DNA of 32,000 nt from Erysipelotrichaceae bacterium. Its GTDB lineage: Bacteria > Bacillota_I > Bacilli_A > Erysipelotrichales > Erysipelotrichaceae. Location of the stretch: the NCBI GenBank assembly GCA_030604855.1, contig JAUVVC010000006.1, positions 1 to 32,000 on the forward strand, given 5' to 3'. Of this stretch, positions 1 to 8,803 are shown piece after piece (within the stretch, counting starts at the first letter, position 1; each line of letters opens with the position of its first letter). The notes beneath the pieces were generated by a model. It saw only the letters and a list, made by a program, of their open reading frames with translations, had not been told where the DNA came from and did no database searches. Both the position numbers and the translations under genes were made by a program.

Positions 1-98
1 ACCCGTTCACGGGTAGCAAGTAGACGATGCAAGTGACAGACTGCATCAGCGCTGTAAAGCGCCGCTAGTATTACAGGGCTATGCCCGCAAATGTAAAA

Positions 99-130
99 CC
101 ACTAGCTAAGCTAGTGGATATTTATTTATA
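99..130 (+). terminator. Rho-independent terminator ending an upstream (off-window) transcript
   Basis: 8-bp stem CCACTAGC (99-106) / GCTAGTGG (110-117) with loop TAA, followed by the T-rich run ATATTTATTTAT. All three + frames hit stops within the first 36 nt, so the preceding 98 nt are non-coding. Confidence 0.6.
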
Positions 131-139
131 TGGTATAAT
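131..139 (+). promoter_or_regulatory. Extended -10 promoter (TGgTATAAT) for the glycosyltransferase operon
   Basis: TGG-TATAAT at 131-139, about 25 nt upstream of the RBS GAGGA and the ATG at 165. The -35 region is poor. Confidence 0.5.
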
Positions 140-164
140 GAATGCGTTATGAGGACGTGAACAC

Positions 165-1169
165 ATGAAAGTTGCGCTCTATTTTGAATCGGAAAAGTTC
201 ATCCAAACCTCTGGAATTGGTCGCGCGTTTGCACATCAAAAGATGGCTTTGGAGCGTGCAGGGATTGCCTATACGAGTGACCCTGAGGACACTTACGATA
301 TTTTGCATATCAATACAGTCGGTGTGAACAGCTCCAATGTGATCGAACAAGCACGTAAAAAAGGGGCTAAGGTCATCTATCATGCGCACAGCACCGAGGA
401 AGACTTCCGGAATTCGTTTGTGTTATCAAATCAAATCGCACCTTTTGTGCGTCATCATTTGATCCACAACTATTCAATGGCGGATGCCATCATCACGCCG
501 ACACCCTATTCCAAACGCTTATTGGAGAACTATGGCATCACACTCCCTATTTATGCCGTGTCCAATGGGATTGACATTGAACGTTATAAATACAACGCGG
601 AAGAGGTCAAAGCGTTTCGACGGTATTTCTCATTAAGTGAGGACCAAAAGGTCGTCATTGGCGTTGGACTATACTTCGAACGAAAAGGGATTCAAGACTT
701 CATGGAAGTCGCCAAGTATTTCCCCGAATTGACCTTCATTTGGTTTGGGCATACCCCTCTCTACACGGTACCTCAGTCGGTTCGGGATGTGATTAAGCAT
801 GCGCCGCGAAACGTGATTCTGCCTGGCTATGTCAGAGGTCCAATCATTGAAGGGGCTTATTCCAGTGCGGATTGTTTCTTCTTTCCATCGTACGAAGAAA
901 CAGAAGGCATCGTGGTCTTGGAAGCTTTGGCATCCAGATGTCCTGTCTTGATTCGCGACATTCCCGTATATGAGGATTGGTTGATCAATGGAATCCATTG
1001 CCACAAAGGGTCTGATAATGCGGAGTTTATCGATTTGATTCGACACATCATTCAGAAAGACTTTCCAAGCTGTGCCGATGCGGCCTACGAAGTCGCAGCC
1101 CAGCGGGATATCAAAATCATTGGACAAGAATTAAAGAGAATCTATACAAAGGTGAGGAACACAGAATGA
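165..1169 (+). CDS. GT4 family glycosyltransferase, CpoA/alDGS-like (probable diglycosyl-diacylglycerol glycolipid synthase)
   Basis: 334 aa with the GT-B E-x7-E motif (SYEETEGIVVLEALA). Its size and its position next to a second GT4 resemble the glycolipid synthase pairs of Acholeplasma and Streptococcus. The RBS is GAGGAcgtgaacacATG. Confidence 0.8.
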   Translation: MKVALYFESEKFIQTSGIGRAFAHQKMALERAGIAYTSDPEDTYDILHINTVGVNSSNVIEQARKKGAKVIYHAHSTEEDFRNSFVLSNQIAPFVRHHLIHNYSMADAIITPTPYSKRLLENYGITLPIYAVSNGIDIERYKYNAEEVKAFRRYFSLSEDQKVVIGVGLYFERKGIQDFMEVAKYFPELTFIWFGHTPLYTVPQSVRDVIKHAPRNVILPGYVRGPIIEGAYSSADCFFFPSYEETEGIVVLEALASRCPVLIRDIPVYEDWLINGIHCHKGSDNAEFIDLIRHIIQKDFPSCADAAYEVAAQRDIKIIGQELKRIYTKVRNTE

Positions 1170-3148
1170 GAATTGGATTATTTGCGGATACCTACACACC
1201 CGAAATCAATGGGGTCGTCTCCTCGATCGTTACCTTACAAGAAGGTTTGGAAGCAGCTGGTCATGAAGTGTTCATCATCACGACGCATGTGTCGATCTTA
1301 AACTTGAGTTATGAGAATCGAGTCTTGCGTTTACCTGGGATTCAACTCAAACAGATGTATGGCTATGTTTTAACCAGTCCTTTGCACATCCGTGCTTATC
1401 AGATCGTCAAAGGCATGGACTTGGATATCTTACATGCGCATACTGAATTTGGCATCGGTATTTTTGCGCGTATCGTCGCTCGTTTGATGCATAAACCTTT
1501 GGTCGTCACCTATCATACGACCTATGAAGACTATACGCATTATGTCAATGTGTTCAAATCGAAAGCAGTTGAGAAGATTGCGAAGAAGACCGTTTCTCAG
1601 TTGAGCAAGCTCTATATTGAGACCAGTGATGGGGCAATTTCGCCTTCGCTGAAGACGAAAGAGATGCTTAAAGGTTATGGCATCAAACGTGAGATCAATG
1701 TCATACCGACTGGTTTGAATCTGGATCGTTTCAAAGCGGAGAATGTCGATCAAAAGGCCATCCAATCGTTTAAGGATGAATACCGCTTGCATGACAAGCT
1801 GATCATTCTTTATGTGGGTCGAATTGCGGAAGAAAAAAGCATTGATTTGGTCTTGGAAGGCTTTGCGAAAATCAATCAAGCAGAGATCCCCAGTCGTTTG
1901 ATCATCATCGGGGCCGGTCCTCAAGAAGATGAGCTCAAACATCTGGCTAAGAAATTGAATGCGGCAGAATCCATCATCTTTGCAGGCAAACGCCCCTCCC
2001 ATACGATTCCGATCTATTATCATGCGGCGGATTGCTTTGTGTCCGCTTCCCTGACTGAGACACAGGGAATGACATTTATCGAAGCCTTGGCGAGTGGAAA
2101 GATCGTGTTTGCGCGTGAAGACAAGGTATTGAGTGATTTGATTGAACCCAATCGGAATGGCTACTTCTTTGAAGATGCGAGCGATTTTGCCCATAAGATT
2201 GAAATCTACGCGAAACTCGAGGATGAAGTCAAACGACGCATGCGTGACAACGCTCTTGCGAGTGTTCAAGTTTATGATCGTGAAGTCTTCGTTCAAAATG
2301 TCTTAGGGGTCTATGCTCAGGCCATCCGCGTTTCGAAAGAAGCCATGGTGCTTACGGAAGTCAGTCATAAACATGCGGTCGTGGAATGTCTATTTGAAAA
2401 TAAATATCGAAGTCTCAGTGTATTGGTGAGCATGGAGATGTTTGTGGGAATGGGCTTAAGGAAGGGGAATGAATTGGAGAAAGATGTGATTGAAACATTA
2501 CTTGAGAATGAGCAATTCGTAAAGGCGTATCAGGCTTGTATTCAGAAGATCAGTGTCAAAGATCGCAGTCGACAAGAAATGTATGATTTTTTGATTGGAA
2601 AAACAACCTTGGACATTGGTCAGATCAATCAATTGATTGATTATCTTGAACAAAAGAAGTACATCAATGATGAACAATATGCCCGTTCCATGGTTCAATC
2701 GCTTCAAGCTTTACTACAAGGTAAGCAGAAGATCATCCGTGGTTTGCGAAACAAAGGCATTGCCCAAGAATTGATCGATAAGGTGATTCAAGAAGATAGT
2801 CAAGAAGCTGAAGTGGCGAATGCTTTGGCTTTGGCTGAAAAGGTGAAACCTTCGATCCGTGATCGTTCCTTACGTTCATTGAAACAAAAATTGACGCAAC
2901 GATTGATGAGTCAAGGTTTTGAGTTCAATGTCATAGAAGTGGTCATGCGGAGTCTGAACTTTCAAGAAGAAGAAAAGGGCGAGTTGGATAATTTGCGTAA
3001 AACAGCGTTTAAAGCAAAACGTCGTTTATCTTCCAAGCATGAGGGCACCCAATTGCGCAATGCCTTATTCAGTTATTTGGATCATCAAGGCTTCAACTTG
3101 GATGATATCTATATTATTTTAAATGAAATGGAGTGGAACGATGAGTAG
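1166..3148 (+). CDS. GT4 glycosyltransferase (alMGS-like monoglycosyl-diacylglycerol synthase, about aa 1-393) fused in frame to a full-length RecX module (about aa 394-660)
   Basis: The N-terminus MRIGLFADTYTPEINGVVSSIVTLQEGLEAAGHEVFIITT and the motif TETQGMTFIEALA are typical GT4. The C-terminal 267 aa carry RecX-type repeats (YLEQKKYINDEQYARSMVQS, GKQKIIRGLRNKGIAQELIDKVI, LTQRLMSQGFEFNVIEVVM). There is no stop codon between the two parts, and an in-frame ATG lies at 2345. The start overlaps the upstream stop (ATGA). Confidence 0.85.
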   Translation: MRIGLFADTYTPEINGVVSSIVTLQEGLEAAGHEVFIITTHVSILNLSYENRVLRLPGIQLKQMYGYVLTSPLHIRAYQIVKGMDLDILHAHTEFGIGIFARIVARLMHKPLVVTYHTTYEDYTHYVNVFKSKAVEKIAKKTVSQLSKLYIETSDGAISPSLKTKEMLKGYGIKREINVIPTGLNLDRFKAENVDQKAIQSFKDEYRLHDKLIILYVGRIAEEKSIDLVLEGFAKINQAEIPSRLIIIGAGPQEDELKHLAKKLNAAESIIFAGKRPSHTIPIYYHAADCFVSASLTETQGMTFIEALASGKIVFAREDKVLSDLIEPNRNGYFFEDASDFAHKIEIYAKLEDEVKRRMRDNALASVQVYDREVFVQNVLGVYAQAIRVSKEAMVLTEVSHKHAVVECLFENKYRSLSVLVSMEMFVGMGLRKGNELEKDVIETLLENEQFVKAYQACIQKISVKDRSRQEMYDFLIGKTTLDIGQINQLIDYLEQKKYINDEQYARSMVQSLQALLQGKQKIIRGLRNKGIAQELIDKVIQEDSQEAEVANALALAEKVKPSIRDRSLRSLKQKLTQRLMSQGFEFNVIEVVMRSLNFQEEEKGELDNLRKTAFKAKRRLSSKHEGTQLRNALFSYLDHQGFNLDDIYIILNEMEWNDE

Positions 3149-4082
3149 ACAATCAATCAGCAGTTTTGTGGAAGGGGAGAAGATTCAGACCAGTTTATTG
3201 ATTACGACCATGAATCGAGGCATCACCAACTCAGGCGCACCGTATTTGTCCTTTGTCTTGCAAGATCAAAGTGGTTCGATCGATGCGAAATTATGGGATG
3301 CGAAAGATGAACTGCTTACTGGCATCGAGGCCGGGAAAGTTGTCTTGGTCAGTGCGGAAGTCTTGAAGTATCGCAATGCCTTACAACTGCGTATTTACAG
3401 TTTATCGAAACTTGAGGACAATCAGTTTGATCCGGCGGACTATGTCATGGCGACCGATTTGAGTTTGGAGTTCATGCAAAAACGGATTCATGAAAGCTTA
3501 TTGTCCATGCAGGATGTGGTGTATCGTGATGTCTGCACAGCCATCATGGATGATCTTCAAGACAAGTTGTACAGCTATCCTGCCGCAGCGAAGAACCATC
3601 ATGATTTTGTGGGAGGTTTGGCGACGCACATGATTGCGATGTTGGATCTTGCGGAGGCATTCTGTACGCTCTATCCGATGTTAAATAGAGATCTGTTGTT
3701 TGCAGGGGTTCTCTTGCATGATCTGGGTAAGATCGATGAATTGAGTGGACCGATCCTTACGGAGTATACCCTTGAAGGGAAGTTGGTCGGACATATCTCA
3801 ATCATGCAAAGCAAGCTTGCGGAAAAAGCGAAGGTTCTGGGTTATCAAGACAGTGAACAAGTCACTTTGATGCGACACATGATTCTATCACACCATGGCG
3901 AGTATGAATTTGGATCACCGGTCTTGCCGATGGTCATGGAAGCGGAGATGCTCACATTCATTGATAATGTGGATGCACGGATGAATATGTTTGCGAAAGC
4001 CTTGGAAAGTGTTAAACCGGGGGAATGGACACCCCGTATCTTCCCATTGGAGAACCGTAGTTTCTATAAGCCAAAAGAATAA
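3141..4082 (+). CDS. yhaM: 3'-5' exoribonuclease YhaM (OB-fold + HD domain)
   Basis: An OB-fold N-terminus (GAPYLSFVLQDQSGSIDAKLWDA) is followed by HD-domain motifs (LLHDLGK, ILSHHGEYEFGSP, ENRSFYKP). ATG 3141 has GGAG 7 nt upstream, so the ORF-track start at 3123 is less likely. The gene overlaps the upstream stop by 8 nt. Confidence 0.9.
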   Translation: MSRQSISSFVEGEKIQTSLLITTMNRGITNSGAPYLSFVLQDQSGSIDAKLWDAKDELLTGIEAGKVVLVSAEVLKYRNALQLRIYSLSKLEDNQFDPADYVMATDLSLEFMQKRIHESLLSMQDVVYRDVCTAIMDDLQDKLYSYPAAAKNHHDFVGGLATHMIAMLDLAEAFCTLYPMLNRDLLFAGVLLHDLGKIDELSGPILTEYTLEGKLVGHISIMQSKLAEKAKVLGYQDSEQVTLMRHMILSHHGEYEFGSPVLPMVMEAEMLTFIDNVDARMNMFAKALESVKPGEWTPRIFPLENRSFYKPKE

Positions 4083-4103
4083 ACTTAAGTGTTTATTTTT
4101 TTT
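4078..4103 (+). terminator. Weak AT-rich intrinsic terminator after yhaM
   Basis: AATAAAC (4078-4084) pairs with GTTTATT (4091-4097), followed by a T run to 4103. The stem has only one GC pair. Confidence 0.4.
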
Positions 4104-4114
4104 GTGCATTCATC

Positions 4115-4143
4115 TTGACAGATACCCTAGGGGGGTATAAAAT
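4115..4143 (+). promoter_or_regulatory. cop operon promoter with embedded CsoR operator
   Basis: TTGACA (4115-4120), a 17-nt spacer, then TAAAT-type -10 TAAAAT (4138-4143). The spacer is the GC-rich pseudo-palindrome ATACCCTAGGGGGGTAT (4122-4138), which matches the known CsoR operator type (TACCC-n-GGGGTA). A csoR gene lies in the same operon. Confidence 0.8.
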
Positions 4144-4164
4144 GGACACACGGAGGAAATGAAT

Positions 4165-4368
4165 ATGTTAAAGAAATATGCAGTAGAAGGTATGACGTGT
4201 AACCACTGTGTTCATCACGTGACCATGGCTTTGAGTGAAGTTGAAGGGGTTAAAGATGTCAAAGTATCTTTGGCAGAGAAGTCTGCTTTAGTGAACAGTG
4301 AAGACAGTGTTCAGTTCGAAACTCTAAAAGCAGCGGTTGAAGAAGCAGGGTATACACTTGTCGGATAA
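4165..4368 (+). CDS. copZ: Copper chaperone CopZ (HMA domain)
   Basis: [10 protein letters not shown] metal-binding motif in a roughly 67-aa ferredoxin-like HMA protein. GGAGG (4152-4156) sits 8 nt before ATG 4165. The ORF-track ATG at 4159 is too close to the SD. Confidence 0.9.
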   Translation: MLKKYAVEGMTCNHCVHHVTMALSEVEGVKDVKVSLAEKSALVNSEDSVQFETLKAAVEEAGYTLVG

Positions 4369-6811
4369 CATTCGTAACTATACCGTTACGGACATGACCT
4401 GTGCGAGTTGTTCCGCGACTGTTCAACGCGTGGTTTCGAAGTTGGATGGTGTGGAACGCGCGGATGTCAATCTTACGACGGAGAAGTTGACCGTCGTTTT
4501 GAATAAGGATCTTGATTTTGAAGTGATCAAAGCGGCTGTTGAAAAAGCAGGTTATGGTTTAGTTGAACCAAAGCTGACGCGTGAACTTCAGCTGGACATT
4601 GAAGGCATGACCTGTGCATCTTGCAGTGCGGCTATTGAGCGTTCGGTAAGAAAACAAAAGGGTGTTGAATCGATCAGTGTCAATCTTGCCACAAACAAGG
4701 CAAGCTTGGTGTACGACCCCAGTGTGATCAAACTCTCGCAAATCAAACAAGCGGTTGAGAAAGCGGGTTATAAGGCCAGTGAGGCCAAAGTGGAAGATGA
4801 TGCGGATCAGAAGCGTAAGGAAGCAGCATTCAAGCGCATGACGATCAATCTGATCGTAGCGATTGTTTTTACACTCCCCCTTCTTTATTTAGCGATGGGA
4901 CATATGATCGAAGGTGTGAAACTGCCTTTGCCAACGTGGTTGGTGCCGCATATGTATCCACTGAATTTTGCGCTTGCGCAGCTGTTTTTGACGATTGTCA
5001 TCGTTTATACCGGACGTAAGTTCTTTATCATTGGCTTAAGGACATTGCGTCACTGGTCTCCCAATATGGATACTTTGGTGGCAATTGGTACAGGCTCCGC
5101 ATTTCTTTATGGTTTGTACAACACCTATGGTATCGCAATGGGAAACACACATCTCGTTAATGACTTGTACTACGAAGTCGCAGGGGTTGTCCTTACCTTG
5201 ATTCTATTAGGGAAGTGGTTGGAAGAGAGATCTAAAGGAAAGACATCTTTAGCCATTAAGAAGTTGATGGGCCTGAGTCCTAAGATCGCTCATCTTGTGA
5301 TCAACGATTCGACACAGGATGTCTTGTTGGAAGAGATTGTGCTTAAAGATGTTCTTCTGGTCAAACCGGGCGAAAAGATTCCCGTCGATGGCGTCATCAC
5401 CAGTGGTCAATCGGCTGTGGATGAAAGCATGCTTACAGGCGAGAGTCTCCCTGTAGAGAAACATGTCGGAGATAAAGTCGTGGGGGGTTCTTTGAACACC
5501 CACGGTGTGTTGACGATGGAAGCCCGTGCGGTTGGACAGGATACCGCCTTGGCTCAAATCATAAAATTGGTTGAAGATGCGCAAGGACAGAAAGCTCCGA
5601 TCGCAAAGTTGGCAGACATCATTTCAGGTGTGTTCGTTCCAATTGTCATTGTGATTGCCATCGTGAGTGCATTGTTCTGGTGGTGGATGGGTAAAGATTT
5701 CCCATTTATCCTAAGCAGTTTCGTAACGGTCTTGGTCATCGCGTGTCCCTGTGCTTTAGGCTTGGCGACACCGACCGCCATCATGGTTGGGACGGGTAAA
5801 GGTGCTCAGATGGGCGTCTTGTTTAAAGGTGGCGAAGCTTTGGAATTAGCGCACAAGGTCAATGCGATCATCTTTGATAAGACAGGTACGATTACGAAAG
5901 GTGAACCGACCTTAACGGATCTTTCGGTTCTAAGTGGAACGGAAGCGGGTTTTCTTAAGTTGATTGCGTCCGCAGAATCTGTTTCGGAACATCCCTTAGC
6001 CAAAGCAGTCGTTAAATATGTTCAGGAAAAACAAATTGATTTGGATGTCGTAGCCGATTTCAAAGCCATCAGTGGACGTGGTTTAAAGGCTAAAGTGGCC
6101 GATCGAAACATCATCATTGGTAATGAAACATGGATGCGTGAAAACAACATCACCGTCCAAGGCAAAGCTTGGGCAGAAGAACGCTCAACACAAGGGAAGA
6201 CAGTCTTGTGGGTTGCGGATGAAAAAGAAGTTCTCGGTCTGTTCGCCGTTGCGGATGTGGTTAAGGAAAGCAGTTACGAGGCCATCGCAGCGCTTAAGAA
6301 GATGGGCATCAAAGTGGCCATGATCACTGGTGACAATCAAAAGACCGCAAATGCGATCGCGGCTCAAGTGGGCCTCGATATCGTACTAGCGGAAGTTCTA
6401 CCCCAAGATAAGGGAAATGAAGTTGACAAACTCAAGGCTCAAGGGTATATTGTGGCAATGGTAGGAGATGGCATCAACGATGCGGTCGCTCTAACCAAAG
6501 CGGATGTCGGGATTGCGATTGGTTCCGGAACCGATGTGGCGATGGAATCTGCGGATGTGGTCTTGATGAAGTCTGATCTGAAGGATGTGGCGAAAGCACT
6601 CCAATTGTCCAAGGCGACATTGACCAACATCAAACAAAACTTGTTCTGGGCATTCATCTATAACATCATCGGGATTCCGTTTGCGGCAGGTGTCTTCTAT
6701 TATTTCGGTGGACCTTTGCTCGATCCCGTCTTGGCAGGAACAGCCATGGCACTCAGTTCGGTGTCGGTTGTGACCAATGCCTTGCGTCTACGTTTCTTTA
6801 AAATGAGGTAA
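4337..6811 (+). CDS. copA: Copper-translocating P1B-type ATPase CopA with two N-terminal HMA domains
   Basis: Two MTCASCS motifs, the CPC transmembrane motif ([12 protein letters not shown]), the DKTGT phosphorylation site, GDGINDA and TGES. The start is uncertain: TTG at 4337 or TTG at 4358. Both overlap the copZ 3' end. Confidence 0.93.
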   Translation: MKKQGIHLSDNIRNYTVTDMTCASCSATVQRVVSKLDGVERADVNLTTEKLTVVLNKDLDFEVIKAAVEKAGYGLVEPKLTRELQLDIEGMTCASCSAAIERSVRKQKGVESISVNLATNKASLVYDPSVIKLSQIKQAVEKAGYKASEAKVEDDADQKRKEAAFKRMTINLIVAIVFTLPLLYLAMGHMIEGVKLPLPTWLVPHMYPLNFALAQLFLTIVIVYTGRKFFIIGLRTLRHWSPNMDTLVAIGTGSAFLYGLYNTYGIAMGNTHLVNDLYYEVAGVVLTLILLGKWLEERSKGKTSLAIKKLMGLSPKIAHLVINDSTQDVLLEEIVLKDVLLVKPGEKIPVDGVITSGQSAVDESMLTGESLPVEKHVGDKVVGGSLNTHGVLTMEARAVGQDTALAQIIKLVEDAQGQKAPIAKLADIISGVFVPIVIVIAIVSALFWWWMGKDFPFILSSFVTVLVIACPCALGLATPTAIMVGTGKGAQMGVLFKGGEALELAHKVNAIIFDKTGTITKGEPTLTDLSVLSGTEAGFLKLIASAESVSEHPLAKAVVKYVQEKQIDLDVVADFKAISGRGLKAKVADRNIIIGNETWMRENNITVQGKAWAEERSTQGKTVLWVADEKEVLGLFAVADVVKESSYEAIAALKKMGIKVAMITGDNQKTANAIAAQVGLDIVLAEVLPQDKGNEVDKLKAQGYIVAMVGDGINDAVALTKADVGIAIGSGTDVAMESADVVLMKSDLKDVAKALQLSKATLTNIKQNLFWAFIYNIIGIPFAAGVFYYFGGPLLDPVLAGTAMALSSVSVVTNALRLRFFKMR

Positions 6812-6817
6812 TCAACT

Positions 6818-7105
6818 ATGGATCATTCCAAACATACCCATCGGGAATCCGATAACAAGTCTAAGCTCATCCATCGTCTGAATCGCTTAGAAGGTCAAAT
6901 TCGAGGCATCAAGTCCATGGTGGAAGAAGATGTCTATTGCGATGACATCTTGATTCAAGTGGCAGCGGTGAAGTCTGCTTTGGATGCCTTCTCATCGTCG
7001 CTCTTTGAGGAGCATTTGAAGACCTGTGTCGTTCGCGACATCAAGGCGAATCATCCAGAGATCGTTGATGAAGTTTTGACGACCATCAAACGTTTGACAC
7101 GCTAA
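6818..7105 (+). CDS. csoR: Copper-sensing repressor CsoR (CsoR/RcnR family)
   Basis: 95 aa with LNRLEGQIRGIKSMVEEDVYCDDILIQVAAVKSAL and a downstream H..C (EEHLKTC), giving the C-H-C Cu(I) ligand pattern. GAGG lies 9 nt upstream of the ATG. Confidence 0.9.
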   Translation: MDHSKHTHRESDNKSKLIHRLNRLEGQIRGIKSMVEEDVYCDDILIQVAAVKSALDAFSSSLFEEHLKTCVVRDIKANHPEIVDEVLTTIKRLTR

Positions 7106-7106
7106 C

Positions 7107-8324
7107 ATGGAAAGTAGATTTCAGATTACGGGCATGCATTGTGTCCAGTGTGAAAAAACAGTAAAAAAGGCTTTACTCCAAATGAATGGGGTAAAGTCTG
7201 TTTCTGTTTCATACCAAAGTGGCATCGTTCATCTAAAGAGCGATTTCAAAGTGGATGTGAAACACGTGGATGCGCTATTGAGTTCTTTAGGTTATGGTAT
7301 TAAGAAGGAAGGCTTCGATATTAAACAAGGGCTCATCCTTATTGGGGGACTGGTCCTCTTCATTTCATTTCAATTTTTGTATGGTCGTTTGAGTTTTCAG
7401 CTCGATCCATCACAGATCAGTCTATCGCTCGTTGTGATCTATGGTTTGATTTCTTCGCTTCACTGTGTGAGCATGTGTGGCGGTTTGGCCTTGAGTGCCA
7501 ATCTTGGTTTGAATCATGACGCAATCAAGCATCACATCGTTCAGTATCAAGGGGGAAGAATCGTTTCCTATACTTTGACGGGTTTGGTTCTGGGCTATTT
7601 AGGGTCTTGGTTCGAGTTCTCACTGAGCTCACAGAACAGCCTCAAGCTTCTGATTGGTTTGTGGATGGTTCTGCTTGCGATTCAAAGCTTTGGATTCATC
7701 CAGCTTCCCAAATTCAAATTCAAGTTCAAGAATGCAAGCAATTCATTGGTGATTGGTCTACTCAATGGCCTGATGCCCTGTGGTGCCCTGCAAAGCATCC
7801 AACTTTTGGCACTTGGCAGTGGGAATCCACTTCAAGGGGCCTTAATGATGTTTGTCTTTGCCATCACGACAGCGCCTGCCTTGTTTGGCATGCAGTGGTT
7901 TGGATTGAGACTTGGCAAGGTCAATCATAAGCTCGTACGCGTACTCAGCAGCTTCGTCATCCTTTGGATGGGACTTAATATGATCACACAATATCCAAGC
8001 ATCTCAAATACGATCCAAAGCCTGTTTACAAATCGAGACCAAGCTCCCATCGTGGATGGTGTGCAAAGGGTGGTTTTGACGATTCAAGAGGGACGTTATG
8101 TCTTGGACTACAACACCATCCAGAAGGGTATTCCAGTTGAACTCAGCTTTGATCATACTCAGTTCTTAGGCTGTGCGAATCCGATCATTCTTAGTTTCTT
8201 AGACAATCAAAGTGTGGATGTCTTGAAGGATCCTACTCCGATCTTCTTTACAATTGAAGATGAAAAAACACTCCGTATTCATTGTTGGATGGATATGGAT
8301 ACCATCAATCTCTATGTCGTTTAA
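7107..8324 (+). CDS. Three-domain membrane protein: N-terminal HMA, DsbD_2/TauE-like polytopic core, and C-terminal cupredoxin_1-like domain
   Basis: The HMA motif is GMHCVQC. The TM core has HCVSMCGG and NGLMPCG motifs typical of the DsbD_2-like (PF13386-type) family. The C-terminal roughly 100 aa have LGC...HCWMDM, like cupredoxin_1-type CWMGM proteins. The start lies 1 nt after the csoR stop, so the genes are co-transcribed. Confidence 0.75.
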   Translation: MESRFQITGMHCVQCEKTVKKALLQMNGVKSVSVSYQSGIVHLKSDFKVDVKHVDALLSSLGYGIKKEGFDIKQGLILIGGLVLFISFQFLYGRLSFQLDPSQISLSLVVIYGLISSLHCVSMCGGLALSANLGLNHDAIKHHIVQYQGGRIVSYTLTGLVLGYLGSWFEFSLSSQNSLKLLIGLWMVLLAIQSFGFIQLPKFKFKFKNASNSLVIGLLNGLMPCGALQSIQLLALGSGNPLQGALMMFVFAITTAPALFGMQWFGLRLGKVNHKLVRVLSSFVILWMGLNMITQYPSISNTIQSLFTNRDQAPIVDGVQRVVLTIQEGRYVLDYNTIQKGIPVELSFDHTQFLGCANPIILSFLDNQSVDVLKDPTPIFFTIEDEKTLRIHCWMDMDTINLYVV

Positions 8325-8355
8325 AAAGTTGGAAATGATTCCAACTTTATTTTTG
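8325..8355. terminator. Bidirectional terminator between convergent genes
   Basis: Perfect 10-bp stem AAAGTTGGAA (8325-8334) / TTCCAACTTT (8339-8348) with loop ATGA. It is flanked by an A run upstream and a T run downstream. Confidence 0.8.
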
Positions 8356-8748
8356 CATTAATTTTCGACATTCCTCAGCACTGCAATCCGCTTCGCTGAG
8401 ATGACTGAACTTTAATAAGAGACCATCGTTCTCATCATAGCGTGGAATCAAATGGAAATGTGTATGAAACATCGTTTGCCCCGCGGCTTCATGCATGTTG
8501 GAGAGAAGATTGAATCCGGCTGGCTTCAATATTTCTTCATAACGTTTCGTCAAGAGCACCGCAATCTCATGAATGTGGGCGATGACTTCACTGGGCGTCT
8601 CGGCATAATTCGCAAAATGTTCCTTTGGAATGATCAAAGTATGCCCCTTCGTAACGGGTTGAATGTCGAGAAAGGCTAGAATTTCATCATCTTCATAAAC
8701 GACTTTGGAAGGAATCTCATGCTTGGCTATTTTACAGAATACACACAT
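8347..8748 (-). CDS. HIT family (histidine triad) nucleotide hydrolase/transferase
   Basis: 133 aa with the HTHFHLIP histidine triad and the N-terminal CVFCKI motif. Confidence 0.9.
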   Translation of the reverse strand: MCVFCKIAKHEIPSKVVYEDDEILAFLDIQPVTKGHTLIIPKEHFANYAETPSEVIAHIHEIAVLLTKRYEEILKPAGFNLLSNMHEAAGQTMFHTHFHLIPRYDENDGLLLKFSHLSEADCSAEECRKLMQK

Positions 8749-8774
8749 TGGCTTGACCTCTTTTCTCCATCATA

Positions 8775-8803
8775 CAAAAAAATAGACTGTGTTAACAGTC
8801 TAT
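8775..8803 (-). terminator. Intrinsic terminator after the PrsA-like lipoprotein gene
   Basis: On the minus strand, the stem ATAGACTG/CAGTCTAT (8782-8789 / 8796-8803) is followed by T7 (complement of A7 at 8775-8781). The hairpin overlaps the stop codon. Confidence 0.8.

Noticed and set aside
1-98. 3' end of RNase P RNA or tmRNA
   Set aside because: GTAGACGATGC loosely recalls the GUAGAUAGAUGAUUGC region of type B RNase P. However the universally conserved ACAGAA and GGCTTA elements are missing. There is no tRNA-like T-arm or CCA end for tmRNA.
1430-2296. Long antisense shadow ORFs opposite well-supported genes (also 669-1127, 11162-11866, 11032-11508, 12944-13435, 17034-17501, 19530-19976, 20965-21417, 25743-26141, 28451-28882 and similar)
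   Set aside because: Each lies entirely within, and opposite or out of frame to, a gene with clear family motifs. Their translations are low-complexity with no recognisable domains. They are typical codon-bias artefacts.
4337-4368. copZ-copA overlap as a possible programmed frameshift or fusion site
   Set aside because: Both ORFs are complete with their own HMA domains. The overlap depends on which TTG is the real copA start. No slippery heptamer is evident.
7607-7930. 107-aa same-strand ORF in another frame inside the cop-operon membrane gene
   Set aside because: It is out of frame within a coherent TM protein, and its translation is Trp/Cys-rich nonsense with no RBS.
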